Positions 1 to 14,410 of a stretch of DNA of 64,000 nucleotides are shown here, in pieces. The notes under the pieces are model-generated. The model made no database searches, had not been told where the DNA came from, and was given only the letters and a program-made list of their open reading frames with translations. The translations under genes and the position numbers were made by a program. Origin of the DNA: Iphione sp. A-MEVVRFRX5 (lineage: Eukaryota); NCBI GenBank assembly GCA_976226885.1, contig OZ320319.1:65472001-65536000 (forward strand), written 5' to 3'. Every line of letters starts with the position of its first letter. Positions within the stretch are counted from its first letter, which is position 1.

Positions 1-3000
1 AAAGAATGCACTTGTAACAAGAATCTTATGTTATGTTCACAAAGATGTGTAACTGAACACAGAGAGAATATTAAGAGTTCAGAACTTGTAAAACCTGTGT
101 ATACATGGAACAATTTCAGTGAAGTAGTTTCAATAGGTATAGCTGTCAGTTTTCAAGGTATAGAATTGTCGTTTAATCTGATTTTATCAAAACTATAATT
201 TGACTTTCCGCAAAGTTGTCTTAATTGAAAGAGGAGGCCATTCGGAACACTGCATGCTCGTGTTGCTCGGAGAAACAGAGAAGGTAACGGTTTCTTGTTT
301 GCCGCTTAGTAATCGTTTCCATTAGCTGATGTACATAATTAACAGACCGGAGTAAACAAGCTAGTCCTTCGAGGAATAAACTACAATTAAAGGAAAGAGT
401 TGTGTGACCATCCTTACCACATCGTTAATGTCTACAGAGGGAAATCGTAAGCTGTAAAATAAAAATAGTAAGTTCATACAAGAATGCTGTAAAAAGTCGG
501 TACGTCTCTCTTCTTAGTTAGTGGTTGGTAGTTTTACCAGCTTTCTTTGGCAATAATCTTTATCTCTGAACATAATATTGTGCTCCCAAGAAATCCGAGA
601 AACGGAATACCACGTCATTACAAAGATCCCCATGATTATACATAATCAGCTCCTTGCTCCACACTCGTCTTTGATTATTTCGGTAGTAAAATGGAAATTC
701 ATGATACTTTATCTGTGCCCTGTGTCTGCATTGTTAAACATATATTATTTATAATGTATATGCATGTGTGTATTTATACATATGGAATTACTTTGGATCT
801 TGGTTTGGAGAGGGTAACATCAACCTGCTTGTCTTTCGGAGGCACATCCACGTGCGTTTCAGTCAGGGGAGTTCAAAATTGTCACGAATGACAAAGGCAT
901 GAAAGGAGCCCGCACCGTGAATGAAGAGTACCTGTTAGGAAACCCTTCAAGAGGACGCCTTTCAATTCATAAGTATCAGTAGTAGTTTTTTAAGTGCTTG
1001 GAAGGCTGCTTACGTTCATACTTAATACCCTTGAATGTTGCGCGCACCCATTCCAATTTCACACTCAACTCAACGCTGTCAAGTAAATCTTAATTCAATT
1101 TGTCTTTGATATGTTACCGACAGATGGAGGCCCACATGTTGCAATTGTACGCTATGTCATGATATGTTTGTCATCAGTTGATGAACAAAGTATCAAGCTA
1201 CTTTGGGCGAAATGTATTCTGAGTATATTTCGGCATTGAGTGCATTATGCCACTCAGAATTACTGTAGCCTATAGCGTTATTTCCCATGTATACAATGCT
1301 CCAGCAGCTATCAGATAAAAAGGTCATATATGTATTAGGAATTGGATTAATTCACATCGTTAAATGGAACGTTTCCAGAATTCCTGTCTTCGAGCGGGGG
1401 AGTATGCAGTAAGTTATCGAGTCTGGTTTATGGTTACCACAGCTGCCTGTTCATGGCCGACGAGACGGTAACTTTCCTGCTTGCACTGTGCCGGGCTAAG
1501 GTGGGGTAGAAGCTAATGGTGTCGAGGTGGTCTGACATTCTGCTTGCCGACACCGAGATCGTCCGACGCCACGCGGTATCTCGCGACGAGCAAGCCCGTC
1601 ATTATGAGAAAACAATTCGATACAGCTATTAGAGCGCTTCGTCTCCGACAGAAAAGGATGAGAGCTTCGGCTGGGTAAATGCCATGACAAGGCTCCGGAC
1701 AGGCCGGAAGACACTGCCTGGAAATACAGTATGTGATCAGAGCATCGGAGCTGTTTCATCTCCTTTACACAACCTGTGGCATGGCATGACTTTAGGATGT
1801 TAGGCCACCATCACATAGATTTGTTAGTAGTAGCTACCTCTTAACTATTTCTGACCGTTTAAAAGGCTAACACGTGTCGTTCCGCGAAAGGACAGAGATG
1901 GAATGTGGATGGGGAATGTGTTTGGCTTTGAAATATTACCCACACTCTCAGATAACACTCTCTCAACGTCAGTAAGATTCATAATTTACAAAAAGCACAC
2001 ACAGAAGACTGTTTCGTGGGACGCTTAAATTTCGGAAGCGGTCTGCAGAAAGTGTATGAAGAAAACCTTCTCGCCCACTACTATAGAAGCCTAGTATAGT
2101 GTGAGGATGTAAGATCCCGTTACGTTGTCCTTTCTTTATTTGGTAAGCTAGGAGATCAGAGGAGTGAGGCCCGCCACCTACTCTACTGCATCTTCAAGCA
2201 TGAATAAGGAGATCTTTAGAGCCTACCATTCACGGGAGGCACACTCAAACCTACGGCTAATCTCTTTACTGGGGCAGGCCTTATTTTAAGCCATCATCTT
2301 CTACGCCGGGCAGGTAGGCCACCTTGGCTAGATTAATTGGCCGCTGTGGAGTATAGCGGTAATGAAGGTGATTACTGCTCCACACCTAATCCGAGCATAA
2401 TCCATCCGTCCTACCGCTGTCAGTAGGGGCTGCGCCACGCCTTACCTTCTGACAGTCGTTGATTCCGCCCATCAAATGTCACTTTTGACGTGAAAAGCGA
2501 CGGATGGTGTTAGCATCAACGCAAAGATCCGTCTCAGTTCCCCTTTGGACGTTTGCCTAACAAAAACGGCCATTACACATCTATTTACCCCCAAAACAGA
2601 ATAGGAGCATAGGTACAGCCTGAAGACTTGCAATTGACATTGATGGATCTCTCTTTCGGGTGTTATTTCACAGAGACAAAATGTAGTGTGACAAAGATAC
2701 ACGAAAGGTAAAAAAGGACACATGGTGAAAATCCTCTCACTATATTATAGATGATATTTTGACAAAACGGAAATAATGGCAAATTTGTAAGTCAATCACG
2801 CGTTTCTGCCTGTGCAGGAAAGCCAGCTGCGATTTGAAAATAGCATTAAGGATTAGTTAAAACGGCGCATGGATGACTTAAAGTTCATGGCATGTATTCA
2901 TCATTCCTTCTAAGTCTTGAGTATGAACGTCAGGTCCAGAGCAGGTTTTGGTGCGCACACATGTCAGGTTAGCATCGTTACTCACTGTCGAATCGGCGGA

Positions 3001-6000
3001 AGTCAGTGGCAACAAGTGAAAAACGGGACATAAGGCCAATGGAACCAAATGAGCCGTCACATTTGGGAAGCACGAAACATAAGAAGTTTCGATTTATGAC
3101 AGGTCCTTCGTCATGAGATGACTATTTTGTACTGGCGAAATGGCAAATGTTACCGCCCGGCTCAAATTCCATCCCCTCTTCATTCGAATCGCGCTGTAGC
3201 AATACAAGGAAACCGTTATTCTCTGTGCAAAGTATGTTCCGGTGGAATTTCCTTATACCACACGTACTTACTGGATGGACAGACATGTCTCGTTAGTCAT
3301 ACGTACCTTGATTGTGGCGAATACTGAGCGCGTTTATAGCTCAATGCTACTGTCTGAAAGTGTCAGAGCCATGGACCTCGATTCTTACTTTCGAAATGTA
3401 GCAGTGCCATCGATTTACTTTCCAGATTTCGCTCTGAGCGCTAGTGACATATTTCAAGCTGCATCATTTCACTAAATGCTTGAATTCTCTATCTGTTTGT
3501 GCAAGATACTTGAGGAAAATAAAAGTCCTTCCGTTTATTAGGTTCAACTGCGCGGAATCCGCCTTAATTTAGCGAGGCGTCTTGTGTCAATCATAAAGCA
3601 AAATTCACATTAAAGCGACAACAGATACAGACAATGTGGAAGAAGTTCCGTGTTAAAGATCTATGGGCGACATGCTGCTGCAATATTACACGTTTTGTGC
3701 TTACATCCATTGCATTTCGTCTAAAAAGCTTGCGTGCTTAAGGGTAATTTAGCATACCTTGGGACCTGGGCCCGTGTTTTATTGTAACTATTGGACAACA
3801 TACATTCATGGAACCCACATACATATTACATGAGGCTGTCCGAGCGCTTTCAGTTCACGGAGGGGTATCAATTCAGTGAACCGGTTGAAAGCAAACATTG
3901 CTTTTCGCCTCCAGAAGGGATGTTATTTCAGTTCTCATCGTGAGAAAACGTTGGTGTGTGATCTACCTGTATCAGGACACAGCAGATGAAGCCGTCACAT
4001 AATGAAAGTGGATGAGTAGCGTAATCGTCCAATGTGGCTTCTGCCAATTGGAGTGGCTTCCATCCGGAACATGGCGTGTATGCTGAGCGCTCCACATCAG
4101 ACAGCGCGCGTCATTTATGCACCAATCCCTGACTGAACAGGAACAATCGTTCATGTGGTGTCTACACTACTAAGTACTGGAAGCATAGGCAAATACAAAT
4201 GGAACACTCATGTTCTCCTACTATGGTCGCTGACTCTGCTAATATCAACACCATTCTCCCTCGTCTAATATCAACAAGGAAGAGGGACCACTATCACCTT
4301 ACCGGTCTTGCGTTTCGATACCACGTCTCTAAAACTCGACGATCGGACGTGTTGTAAAGCTTCACACCACAAAATCACGGATGAATGTTGTTCCTGTTTT
4401 ATGAGAATTAATGTCATTGGCGATTAATACAAAAACGAAGTTAACGTTAAATCAGTGTGGACAGTTACAGATTGGGATACAGTCCCTCCCCGAAGCATGA
4501 AAACATTCTGCTTTATTTCCTTCAAGCAGAAGGTCTCAATTTTTTGCTAAGTGTATTTGACAAGGACGGGTACCAACCGCGACATGGAAAGAAATGCCTT
4601 AGGTAATTATATTTTGACAACAAGATCAATATAAAAACGTGTTTATGGTGACATCATAGCGCACTCCTTTTTTTCCCTTGGTAATTTGGGCAACGACCCC
4701 ACGCTAGTAAATTACGCCTTCTGCTTCAAATAAATAAGCAATGAATACGAAATGACACAAATCCCACGTCTCCTTACATAAATAAAGTGAGCGATATGGG
4801 TGCCATGTAGAGTGACCAAGGTCCGACTAGTAATCTCATAGTTGATCCATCCTCGGGGCCAGTAGAGGCGCTTTATGCGACATCTCTCATAACGCCCGTA
4901 GATTGCCTTCTCCGACAGCGGAGATAGAGCACACCATACGTGATAGAGGCGAAGACCTGACGCTAAAGATGCAGGGGGGGAGGGGCACTGAGGGTAAACA
5001 GCTATTGGGCCGATGTTACGGAGGTTGGATCCGCCAGCCTGCCCGCGCCAGGTAAACACAAGGGAAGATGGAGATGGAGGTGGTCTAGAGGCTGGCCGCC
5101 AGGGTTTCAGACCACGTGACCTGGAATAAGTTGTGATGTTTATTGCACCACTCGACGTCAGTTCTTCTGGACCATCCGTCGACTGCCTAGGATCAGATGC
5201 CTTTACCTGTTTTCGTCAATCTAACATTTTGTTTTTGGCCATATATATATATATATGAATGCAAAGCCGAGTTATTCAGAATGCAGAGTTATTCAGCAGG
5301 CTGCGAACTGATCTCACACTCACTGTCCATTGGTCAACTTTTCTTGGTGTGGGCCGACTGTTTTTGCCCACATTGTAACTCGTTTTACCAAGATGGCGGA
5401 TAAATTCTTTAAATCAAACTAGGCTTGGTAATTGATAAAGGGTTCTACGGTTTAGAATGATTCTAGGGTGATTCAGACTGATGGTCAATTCCCTAAAGCC
5501 TCCGCTGATCACTCACCCTTTCATCAATTTTAGCTTTTATTGTAGTATGTCTATATTGAATATGAAAGTAGAAATTTATAATATAATACAACAACCTGTA
5601 ACATTGTTAAAGCCCAAAGTTTCTTATATTGCTGAAATTGATTTAGGTGGGCCCTGCTGAGTAATCGTATTGAGTGCAACCCCTGCGATGAATGCCTTTC
5701 CCTGCCACCTACTTGGCCGGAACTCCATACATTTTCCTGCCCATCCCGATCTCGTCCGGAAGAATAGCCAATTAAAAATAATTTATGGCGTTGAACACAA
5801 TTGCCAAAGACAGAGAAAGGTCAAGTAATAAGAGCAGATGGGTCACCAGACCGGTGTTGCATCTTTTCGTGTGCTGATACGTACCATGAACACAGAATTT
5901 TCAAAATATTGGCAGGGGTGAAGCGGCGTTGATACTAAAGGCCAAGTTCTTTGTCGTTCGACCTGGTGGGAAAACCTGTTGGATGTATATTCCGCGCATC

Positions 6001-9000
6001 CCCCCCCCTTAAAGAATGGGGCCTTTTCCCTATCAGAGGCAAAAAAAACCTATGAGAGCTTCTAAAAGCTTTTCCATATTTAAGCGTTGTATTCCGTGGA
6101 AATGTTGCTCTTGATCGAGTGACAAGCGACCGCGGGGACCAATAAGTTGACTTGGCCTCCAGGATGAAGTACTACCGCCTGTATCAGCTGGCAACGTCCC
6201 ATGAAACCACTTTAGTGTCGGGACTCTTCGACGTGTTACACCGCTGTGGCGGTGATGATGGGGGGTGTGAATTATGCATGCCTGTGACGGATCATCCGTA
6301 CGGCCGTCACTGTCCTCTTGCCTTTACGGCGATGGTGTGGAGTCCCTCTATGGCTCTCCACTTTCTCTATGCATCTTTGTTCTACGCCACTGGGAACTAG
6401 CCGAAAGCGTGGGTCTTCAGCTAAGTACACACACGAGTCAGAAAATCACTGGTTCCCCTGAGGGATGTTCGTAACCTAATCGCATTCTTAAGTCTCCGTG
6501 CGCGCTTCTCTGCTAGAATTCCTTTGAGAACTTTTTTTTAAAAAAAACTCGTTTCGTACTGCACATTTGCACAAAACCACTACCGCCTTTGCATTAGCCT
6601 GGCTGTTTATATTATTACCGTTTAAAGGTTTCCTTGTTACATTTTCCTACATGACACGAGAATGTAACTCGTTTCCGTGATGATGAGCTGTGAACGGTGA
6701 CGCGCAGTAATTGCAATCATAGACCGATTAATACCCGTGTCATATTTCTTCACTTACTCCTAGGAGAAGAATATTTGTACTCAAGTCCACCGATGTCGCC
6801 TTTTAACTTAAAGCAATTACCTATCTGCTTTTAATGTAAAGGATTAATGTCATATGAGTCTTCACATCTGTACCTTTAATATCCTTGTAGAGAAATGTAC
6901 CTATGTCTTTTGATTTACATTTTCCGTTGTGATTCATAAAGGGTCTGCTGTTCACGAAGAGGGCGATAAATATGAGGGATTATTGGACAGATGCTGAATT
7001 ATAAACTGAAATTACGCGATGAAGCATCTATCACTCCATACAGAACCAGAAATCATGAATTAAAAGATCAGCTCCATAATGTAGTTCAATACATGTACAT
7101 GTATATGTGTGTACACAAGTAGTTATAATCAAACCTTGGACAAAGGGCTGCAAGAAATGTCAAGTCTATGAAAAATGAGAGGATACGGGGTAAGGAGATG
7201 TAATTTGAAAGAGGAAGTTTTAATTAGAATGGTACCAAATGACACATAGAAACAGCCCGATAATCGAAAGCATTCATAATTCTAATATACGTAATAGTTC
7301 ATCTGGGACATCTCCCTTTTAGTCCTAGCTGCGTGCTGCCAACACCCATATATTGTCCTCCTCATGGGACTCACGCCCTGTGCCACCGACGCCGGAAGGT
7401 TAGCAACAGTTCTGCTTCAAGAGTGAGCGATGTTATTTCCCGTGCTCCGCCCATTGTGTGGACACGATCCATTGTTGTCGTAGCAAATTGCATCCTATGA
7501 ATAACCCTAAAAGGGCAATGAAATGCAGATTCATTTGTAATTCGCCTCATAAAGGCGATTTCGTGCTTTCGATGATGCTTTTTAACAGATTCCTAACAAG
7601 GTAGCCCCTCTAGGCATATTATTTTGCCCACACTTGAAAATGATTCTATAGGAGGGATAAATTGGTCCAACATACTGAAAAGGTGCTGATAAAATTTCTG
7701 CTATTATCAATTTGATAAATGATCACCATGCACGTGTTCCCACAAGGACAGATTTGCTGCGAGCAACTTTTTGACTTTATGGACAAACAGAACGGGAAGT
7801 TATTTTAAGTAGAGTTTGTTGGGTCTTTCATCCTGTGCTCTTTTGGATGATGCGAAGCAAAGGACACTGACAACTGTAGTTGCATTGGTAGGCTTGACTT
7901 TTTGACAAAAACATCCTATTTGATAGTTTGTTTGTATTAAAGTTCGCATCGTTTGCAAACATATTCACAATTCACTGGAAACTGGAAACACTTTCCAACT
8001 ACTTCTTGCATCCATGCATGATTTATGTTAGGCGGGGTGAAATGAGTTGTTATTGTTTCCGAGAAACGAAAGGGACTTTCTTGTAAGAACTGCTTCAATT
8101 AGGATGCACTTGTAATATCGCGTATTTTATCAATCCTTTCCTTATGATGTCATAAATAGTGTTTTTCTACCTTCCACGCTGATACCTTTCCACCTTACCA
8201 AGGCCGACAGATAATACAATAAAACTTTTTTTTAAACAAAACTGAAAAAAAAAACATGTAACTCCTTTCGCCGGATACTATGAATTACATCACATGGTGT
8301 TTCGTGTAAGGCAGGAATATTAAGTGCATGCCACATAAATAGATAGAAAACACGCAGCTAAGAAAGCATGATGACAGGGTCACCTGCTCACTGCCGGGTG
8401 GGCAGTCGGCTAACTTCAAATTATACTACTAACGCCAGTTTCCCTAACTCAATGAAGCATTAAAAAAAACAGGGCGAGAATGGCTTCGTGTGGAAGTCCC
8501 TCATGATGCCTTAGCCGAGAGCACCCCCCTGGTCTTCTGAGGGAGTGGCATGAGGCAGAAAGCGACCCTCACTAGGAGCGTAGTGGGTACGTATGGCGAA
8601 TGACAGATTAGCTACGGAACACAATGGATGGGAAGCCGCCTGATGTGGCCTAATTGGCGTGCGGCAAAAGCCCGCAGGTGCATGCAGGTGTGCGCGACCT
8701 TTCACCCCGAGCAAAACACCGCGCGCCGCCTGCCTGCCACAGGAAACCAACAACTAACGAAGCCCATTATGTCGCAATGACGGGAAGTGCAATCAAAGAA
8801 AGGGCAGTTTCTCCATTTCACCGTCCGGCGAATCTCATTTTTCACCGGAGCGCGAACCTAACTCCCTTGCAACCGAGAAGAGAATGAGACCCGTATTTCA
8901 TTGGGCTGCTTAATAGGCCGCTAATGTTTCGGATCTAACTTGTCAAGCAAAAATACTGTGCGACATTGCCATAACCTTATGTTCTATTACCTGCATAATG

Positions 9001-10579
9001 GCTTTTTTTGTATCACAGGGCACCCATGTCATCCCTTGGTTCCCTTTTACCCATTGCAGACGTTTTACGCAATGACCTTATAACACTGATTTTAAGTTCT
9101 TAAGATTTCCTGATGCAGTTTGGGCCTGTAGTGATACAACTGAAAAACGGGGAAAGCTGCAACACTCGAGTGATAAACAATCGTTTGTTTTTGGAGAGGT
9201 TCAAAAATAAAAAAATCTCAATTTCTTCATGTTGAAAGACACATATAATTCGTACATATGCATTAATTCAATAACTTGTGTTGACTGATCATAGGTACAT
9301 GACTGAAATGTTTATTATCTGTTGTAAATATCCAATAGTATACATACATCGCCCCAACAACAGCATATCGTGTTATGAACTAACCTGAAAAAATGTACAC
9401 ATTAAAAGATTTAAGGAAAAATATCTTTTAAATAAAAGCGAAATTAGAGAAGTCTCCACATATCATTATCTTTAAAAAATAGTAGCAATGTTAGTTTAGG
9501 AACCTTTTTTCCCCTGCCTCCATTAATTTCTGCCTCTCTTCCGTACATAGGAATAACTACAAAGTACAAAAATACGTACCACCTACTCATAGCAACCCGT
9601 CCGTGTAATTGATCGGTGAAATACAGTACGAGAACTCATATCCTAGGCAGAAAATTCGTGCCCTTGGAAGCTTTTCACTGTAAGTAACCCCTTAGTGACA
9701 GGATTACCTCTGCACTGCACACCGATCAGCAATAAGCATGTATGTTTAAGATGAGATTAAACATATCCATTGCCCTATAAACAGGCATTCCGTTGATGAT
9801 ATTTGTCCTGTGCGCTGATACCATACCGGCAAGGACCACTCTGAACAGGTCGGGGGCAAGATATGAAATATTATACAAACTACAAATGAAGTTTTGACCC
9901 ATCAGTCCAAGTGATATGAGGACATTGTAGAGCGCTCAAATCTTTCAGAGTATATCTACCTCTATACATAAAATGGAGAATTTAATAACCGTGTACCACT
10001 TTATATGTGGTTTCCTTTTCCCTGCATGGCACCTTCTCCTAAATGTGAAGAGGCTGTTCTAAATTCTTAAGAGGACAGGAATAGCCTAGAATGCCAGTTC
10101 CGCGCGTAGCAGAACTGGGAACGTTTCGATAAGCAACTGAGTGAATCTGTGAATTGTCACCAGACAATATTTGGTATCAGGCCGCAGGCAAGAGAACCAT
10201 TCCCACCACTAGCACGTTGGCAAGCACTGCAAGCAACCCGGTGATATTGACTCTTTTTAAGTAGGGCCATGTTCATTGTTTACCCTATCCAGTTAGAATT
10301 ACAGACACCAGTCTTTGCCTTTATGTGAGGCATGTCTTTCGTCTCATCAAACGTCCAGCTGTGGCGCAGACAGCCGATCTTCTTCTAGATTCAATACTTT
10401 TTTTCCACCATTTCGTCTTTTCGAGGAAAAGAATGGACGCAATTATATTCCGCATTTCAGTGAATATCTAAGAACAGCGCTTCTATCAAGAAATAATGAT
10501 AGACGAACTTGCCGCTCACGCATTAATTGTAGATAACAAATTAGAGCAAGTCGAACACGTCACACATTTGGTAATCCTG

Positions 10580-10770
10580 GTCGTGTTAACTCAGTGGTAA
10601 TACGAATCTGTTTAATTGTGCTGAGTTGAACATGAGTGGCGATTGTGTACCATCTGCAAAAGACTTAGTACAGTTACCTGCAATGACAGGGCACAGATAA
10701 TCATTTTATCTTTAGGCCAATTTATTAATTTTCCTTTCATGCCGTCGCCATGTGTCTCTGCAGCCTTGGC
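10580..10770 (-). mobile_element. Possible decayed CR1-like RT fragment
   Basis: Minus-strand FYAKA..GMKGKLINW (cf. DFAKAFD..GIxGKLLNW) and SFADGT (cf. FADDT). Spacing is shorter than canonical. Confidence 0.3.
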
Positions 10771-11596
10771 GTAGAATTTCGATATTTGTAAGTTTAAATT
10801 TTCAGGCGCCGTTATAGCTGTGAAATGTGCTAGGATCCAGTGAGACTAACACAAGGTTTTCTGAAACCACAGACAGCTATTTTACTGCCAGAGCTTAGCC
10901 GATGGTCCCCCGGGACAAATCCACTTTACCATTGAACTATGGCCGCATGGCATAGCAGAGTCATGCAGGGCCTTCCTTCTATGGCCACGGTCGATACCTT
11001 GAGTACATCTATGTCAGCAAACATAATCAATTATCCAGACATACTGTAGTGTTTCACATATATCACTCTGCCCGTGAACAAAGCGATGGGTCCTCAGCTA
11101 TGGTTCTTCAGTAAGGAGACTAAAACTGAAAGACCTGGGGCAAAATAAAGTTTAAGAAGAATCAGAGCAAATGTTCTGCCTTTGAAAATGTGAGAATGTC
11201 CCACCGGAAATGTGGAATGTGTTAGATGTAATGGTCTTGATTTTATACGCCTACAGGGGTCAATTTAGTGTTAAGTTGGGCAGTTGGAGGAACCGTTGCA
11301 TTTTCTGTAGGCAAAGCTTCCATTGAAATTCCCGAACTTCAGGCGAAAGGTTTCTTAAAAGGTCAGCTACGGTTTTTCCTAACAGCTACACTAATGTCAT
11401 AACCACCGCTGATTCATCATGCCATTATCATGTTATCACTGTGCCTTGAGTAAAACCAAAATTGACAAAAAGACGAAAATGCTTTTAGCTATCTTTATTA
11501 ATAGTATCCGTGGTTTTATTAGTCTCCAACAGGAAGGGAAAATTACTTCTCTGCCCCCTTTCCTTACATTACTTGAGTAGTTCTCAGTGAAATGGT

Positions 11597-11597
<1 letters not shown>

Positions 11598-11665
<68 letters not shown>
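11598..11665. repeat. (TAA)n microsatellite, about 22 units
   Basis: Perfect TAA array. Confidence 0.98.
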
Positions 11666-11730
11666 GGCGTTTATTGTCTAAACCATCTCTTGATATGGAG
11701 TCTTTCAGGAGTCGACATTGGAACGTAAAT
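11598..11730 (-). mobile_element. Probable 3' end of a LINE/SINE with a (TTA)n tail
   Basis: On the minus strand, GACAATAAACGCC is immediately followed by the TAT/TTA array. A polyA signal plus a simple-repeat tail is typical of CR1/L2/RTE 3' ends. The left extent of the element body is uncertain. Confidence 0.5.
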
Positions 11731-13169
11731 ACACATTTCAGTTTTTGAAGTACATGTATAATCGTTATATTTATGTCCTTCCTAGCGCAATACGTTTAAT
11801 TAACCATTACATATACATCCCAAATCCTTCGGTAGCTTTCACAACTGAGTTGTCGATATAAGGCACCGCTGGCGTTGACCGTGCTCTATTTTCGGAGTAA
11901 AGGATGAGTATTTAACAGCCTACGTTGTGAATTTCTGTTTCAAAACAAGATTAGTATGGGAATGCATGTTCAGAAAAAGTTCAGAAATCACTGTGCACTC
12001 TATAAACTTGCATCGCCTTCTCTAAGTTTTGTGTAAAGAAAGTGGATATCTCTTAGAAAACAAATTTCTTCAAAGAATCTCACCCTATTCAGTTTACCCA
12101 CCGCACTATCGAGTCAATAATGTTATCAAACCTGTTCCCTGAGTTATGGCAACAACGTTCACCTAATATCACTCGAATACTTCGACATTCTAACACTATG
12201 GCTCTTATATCAATAACATAATTTTAGCACAAGCGCTGTAATCTTCCGCCCGATCGATTCTCAAACTTAATGTGCCATGTTCGAGAGCACCTAATTAAAG
12301 CCACTGTCACCATCGTCGAGTGGGGTTTGAACCAATTTAAAGCCCACAATGCGGAGGCCTTTGCCGTTGAGGCGAACATAAAGTGATTAAAGATACAGAT
12401 TTAACTCTTCCTTTCTTTCGCTGGTGCGCAGTCATCGGTTTAATTGTCCAAGTCAACATGACCTCAACCTACAAAACAAGTGAAGAGGCACCGCTGAATC
12501 GAATAACTATTTGTTGGTTTCCCTTGTAGAATATTCACCTAGGTTCTGATTCTAATAATCATGACGGAATTATTTTCTTGACCACGAACTATGTCTGAAA
12601 AGTTGGATTACGGGGCAGTCGCAACTCTCCTTGAGGGCAACTCAACTACAGGAAGGAATAATGAATACACTTGCATGGTCCCGAGGGTTTGTTTTTTAAT
12701 ATAGTCAACTCAGGTTACATGACAACTAGCAGTTAAAGGCAACATTGTTTCTTCCGATTGGGAGTCTTTATTCTGACTTACTACTGTACATGCATATGTA
12801 TAGGCCACGCATTCCCGTGGCCCTCGAGGGTCTGGGCTACGTACATACACTAGAGGCACAGATATCATAATAAAGGATATACCTCTACTAAGCGCCCGAA
12901 ATGATTTAGTGAAGTACAGAGTTGTACGGAATTATTATCCAGGACTCGTTCGCATATACCTAATACGCTGGATGTTCGAGGGTTCTCCAGCAGCAAAAAA
13001 AAACGTGAACCGGTTTTAGAGATGATTCCTCCCTTCCCCAGAGAAGACAGTGAGGGCCCGTTAATCAAGCATTAGAAGTAACCATTCTTTTTATATTGTA
13101 TGTCACTCATCGTGCTGTTTCATAATATTTTACTAAATGAAATATCAAACCGACGTGTATTATAGGGGA

Positions 13170-13348
13170 TATGTCCATGTACATGGGTTAGCTACAGATC
13201 CAAACGCAGATCCGGACTGACCATATACTTTAGCAGTCTGCACGGATCTGAATGGCAGATCCATACAACCCACATACATGGGCATAGTCTCTCTGAATGG
13301 AGTGGAGTCATATAACCTGTATCGATATAACCGCTGTACATGGGTATA
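13170..13348. mobile_element. MITE-like element with ~21-bp imperfect terminal inverted repeats
   Basis: Left TATGTCCATGTACATGGGTTA versus the reverse complement of the right end TATACCCATGTACAGCGGTTA (17/21). A third arm is at 13268-13287, and there is an internal inverted pair CAGATCCG...CGGATCTG. Confidence 0.55.
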
Positions 13349-14204
13349 CCACCATACAATATTAGCACTAATTTTTGATCAATACATGCATTTATGCAGA
13401 CACTGCAAAGGTAGAAAAAAATCCATTTACATAAGACCTCTGAGTCCGAGTATACGGGCATAGAAGAGAACAACATTAAAGAAACAATTTACTTCAAACT
13501 GATTCCAGCTTGAAACTGGTCATCGAGGGTCTTATCAAAGTTCCTGTGAATGTAGGAAGAAAGGTTTGCAGTTTTCCAGTATATTTGTCAACGAGCACAT
13601 TAAAATGAAACAGTGAATTATATATAACATGTAGTACAATATACACTGTAACTAGTAATTGCCTCAAATAATTTGACGGCCTTTTCTAGATGGTGTCAGA
13701 GATAGTTTTCCATGCCACATGGCAATCAAGCAAGTCATCGATACCGCTTTCAATGCAGCAATTTTGGGGGCATTTGAGATTATGCATTTGAGATTTGCAC
13801 ATTATCCAGGTTCGCAAAGAAAGAAGACTGTGATTTGTAGATAACTGCGACAAAGAAGAAAATACATACATCTTTAGGAGAAATTTCCAACCACATGTAA
13901 AAGCCTTTTTCAGAAAAGTTTATATTCAGAGGCTACAGCAGTTTGCTTCTAGAAATTCCATACCACACAAGATGATGGTAGGGCGAGTTTTCTAGCTCAT
14001 GAAACATTTCTTATAACCATGTTTGGGAAGTCCAAATTGCATACAGTCAAATATACCTTTGCAGATACGTCTTTAGTGCAGCCATATCTGAAATGAAGAC
14101 GATTGAGCTCAGAGTAGATTAGTATTCCATACTTACCAATATAAAACGATGTACTATAATCAAGACACCTATTTTCCCATAACGTCTACCCCTGCAGACA
14201 GTAA

Positions 14205-14410
14205 ATATCTGTAAAGCTCATGCAATTTCTGCCACAAAATGGTGCAATTCCTGCAAATTCGGCTAAAAAAACAGCAAATTAATGCAAATTCCACAGAAAT
14301 CAGCAAAATTCATGCAAATTTGACTGGACAACAGTAAAATTCACGTATTTTTCACTGGAAAATGGCAAAAGTCATGTAGATTCGGCTGAAAAATGGCAAA
14401 ACTGTTGAAT
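14205..14410 (-). repeat. Internally repetitive dispersed element, homologous to 42270-42430
   Basis: Its reverse complement CAGTTTTGCCATTTTTCAGCCGAATCTACATGACTTTTGCCATTTTC aligns with CAGTTTCACCATTTTCTGGCTGAATGTGCATCAGTTTTTGCCATTTTC at about 42310-42357. Confidence 0.6.
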
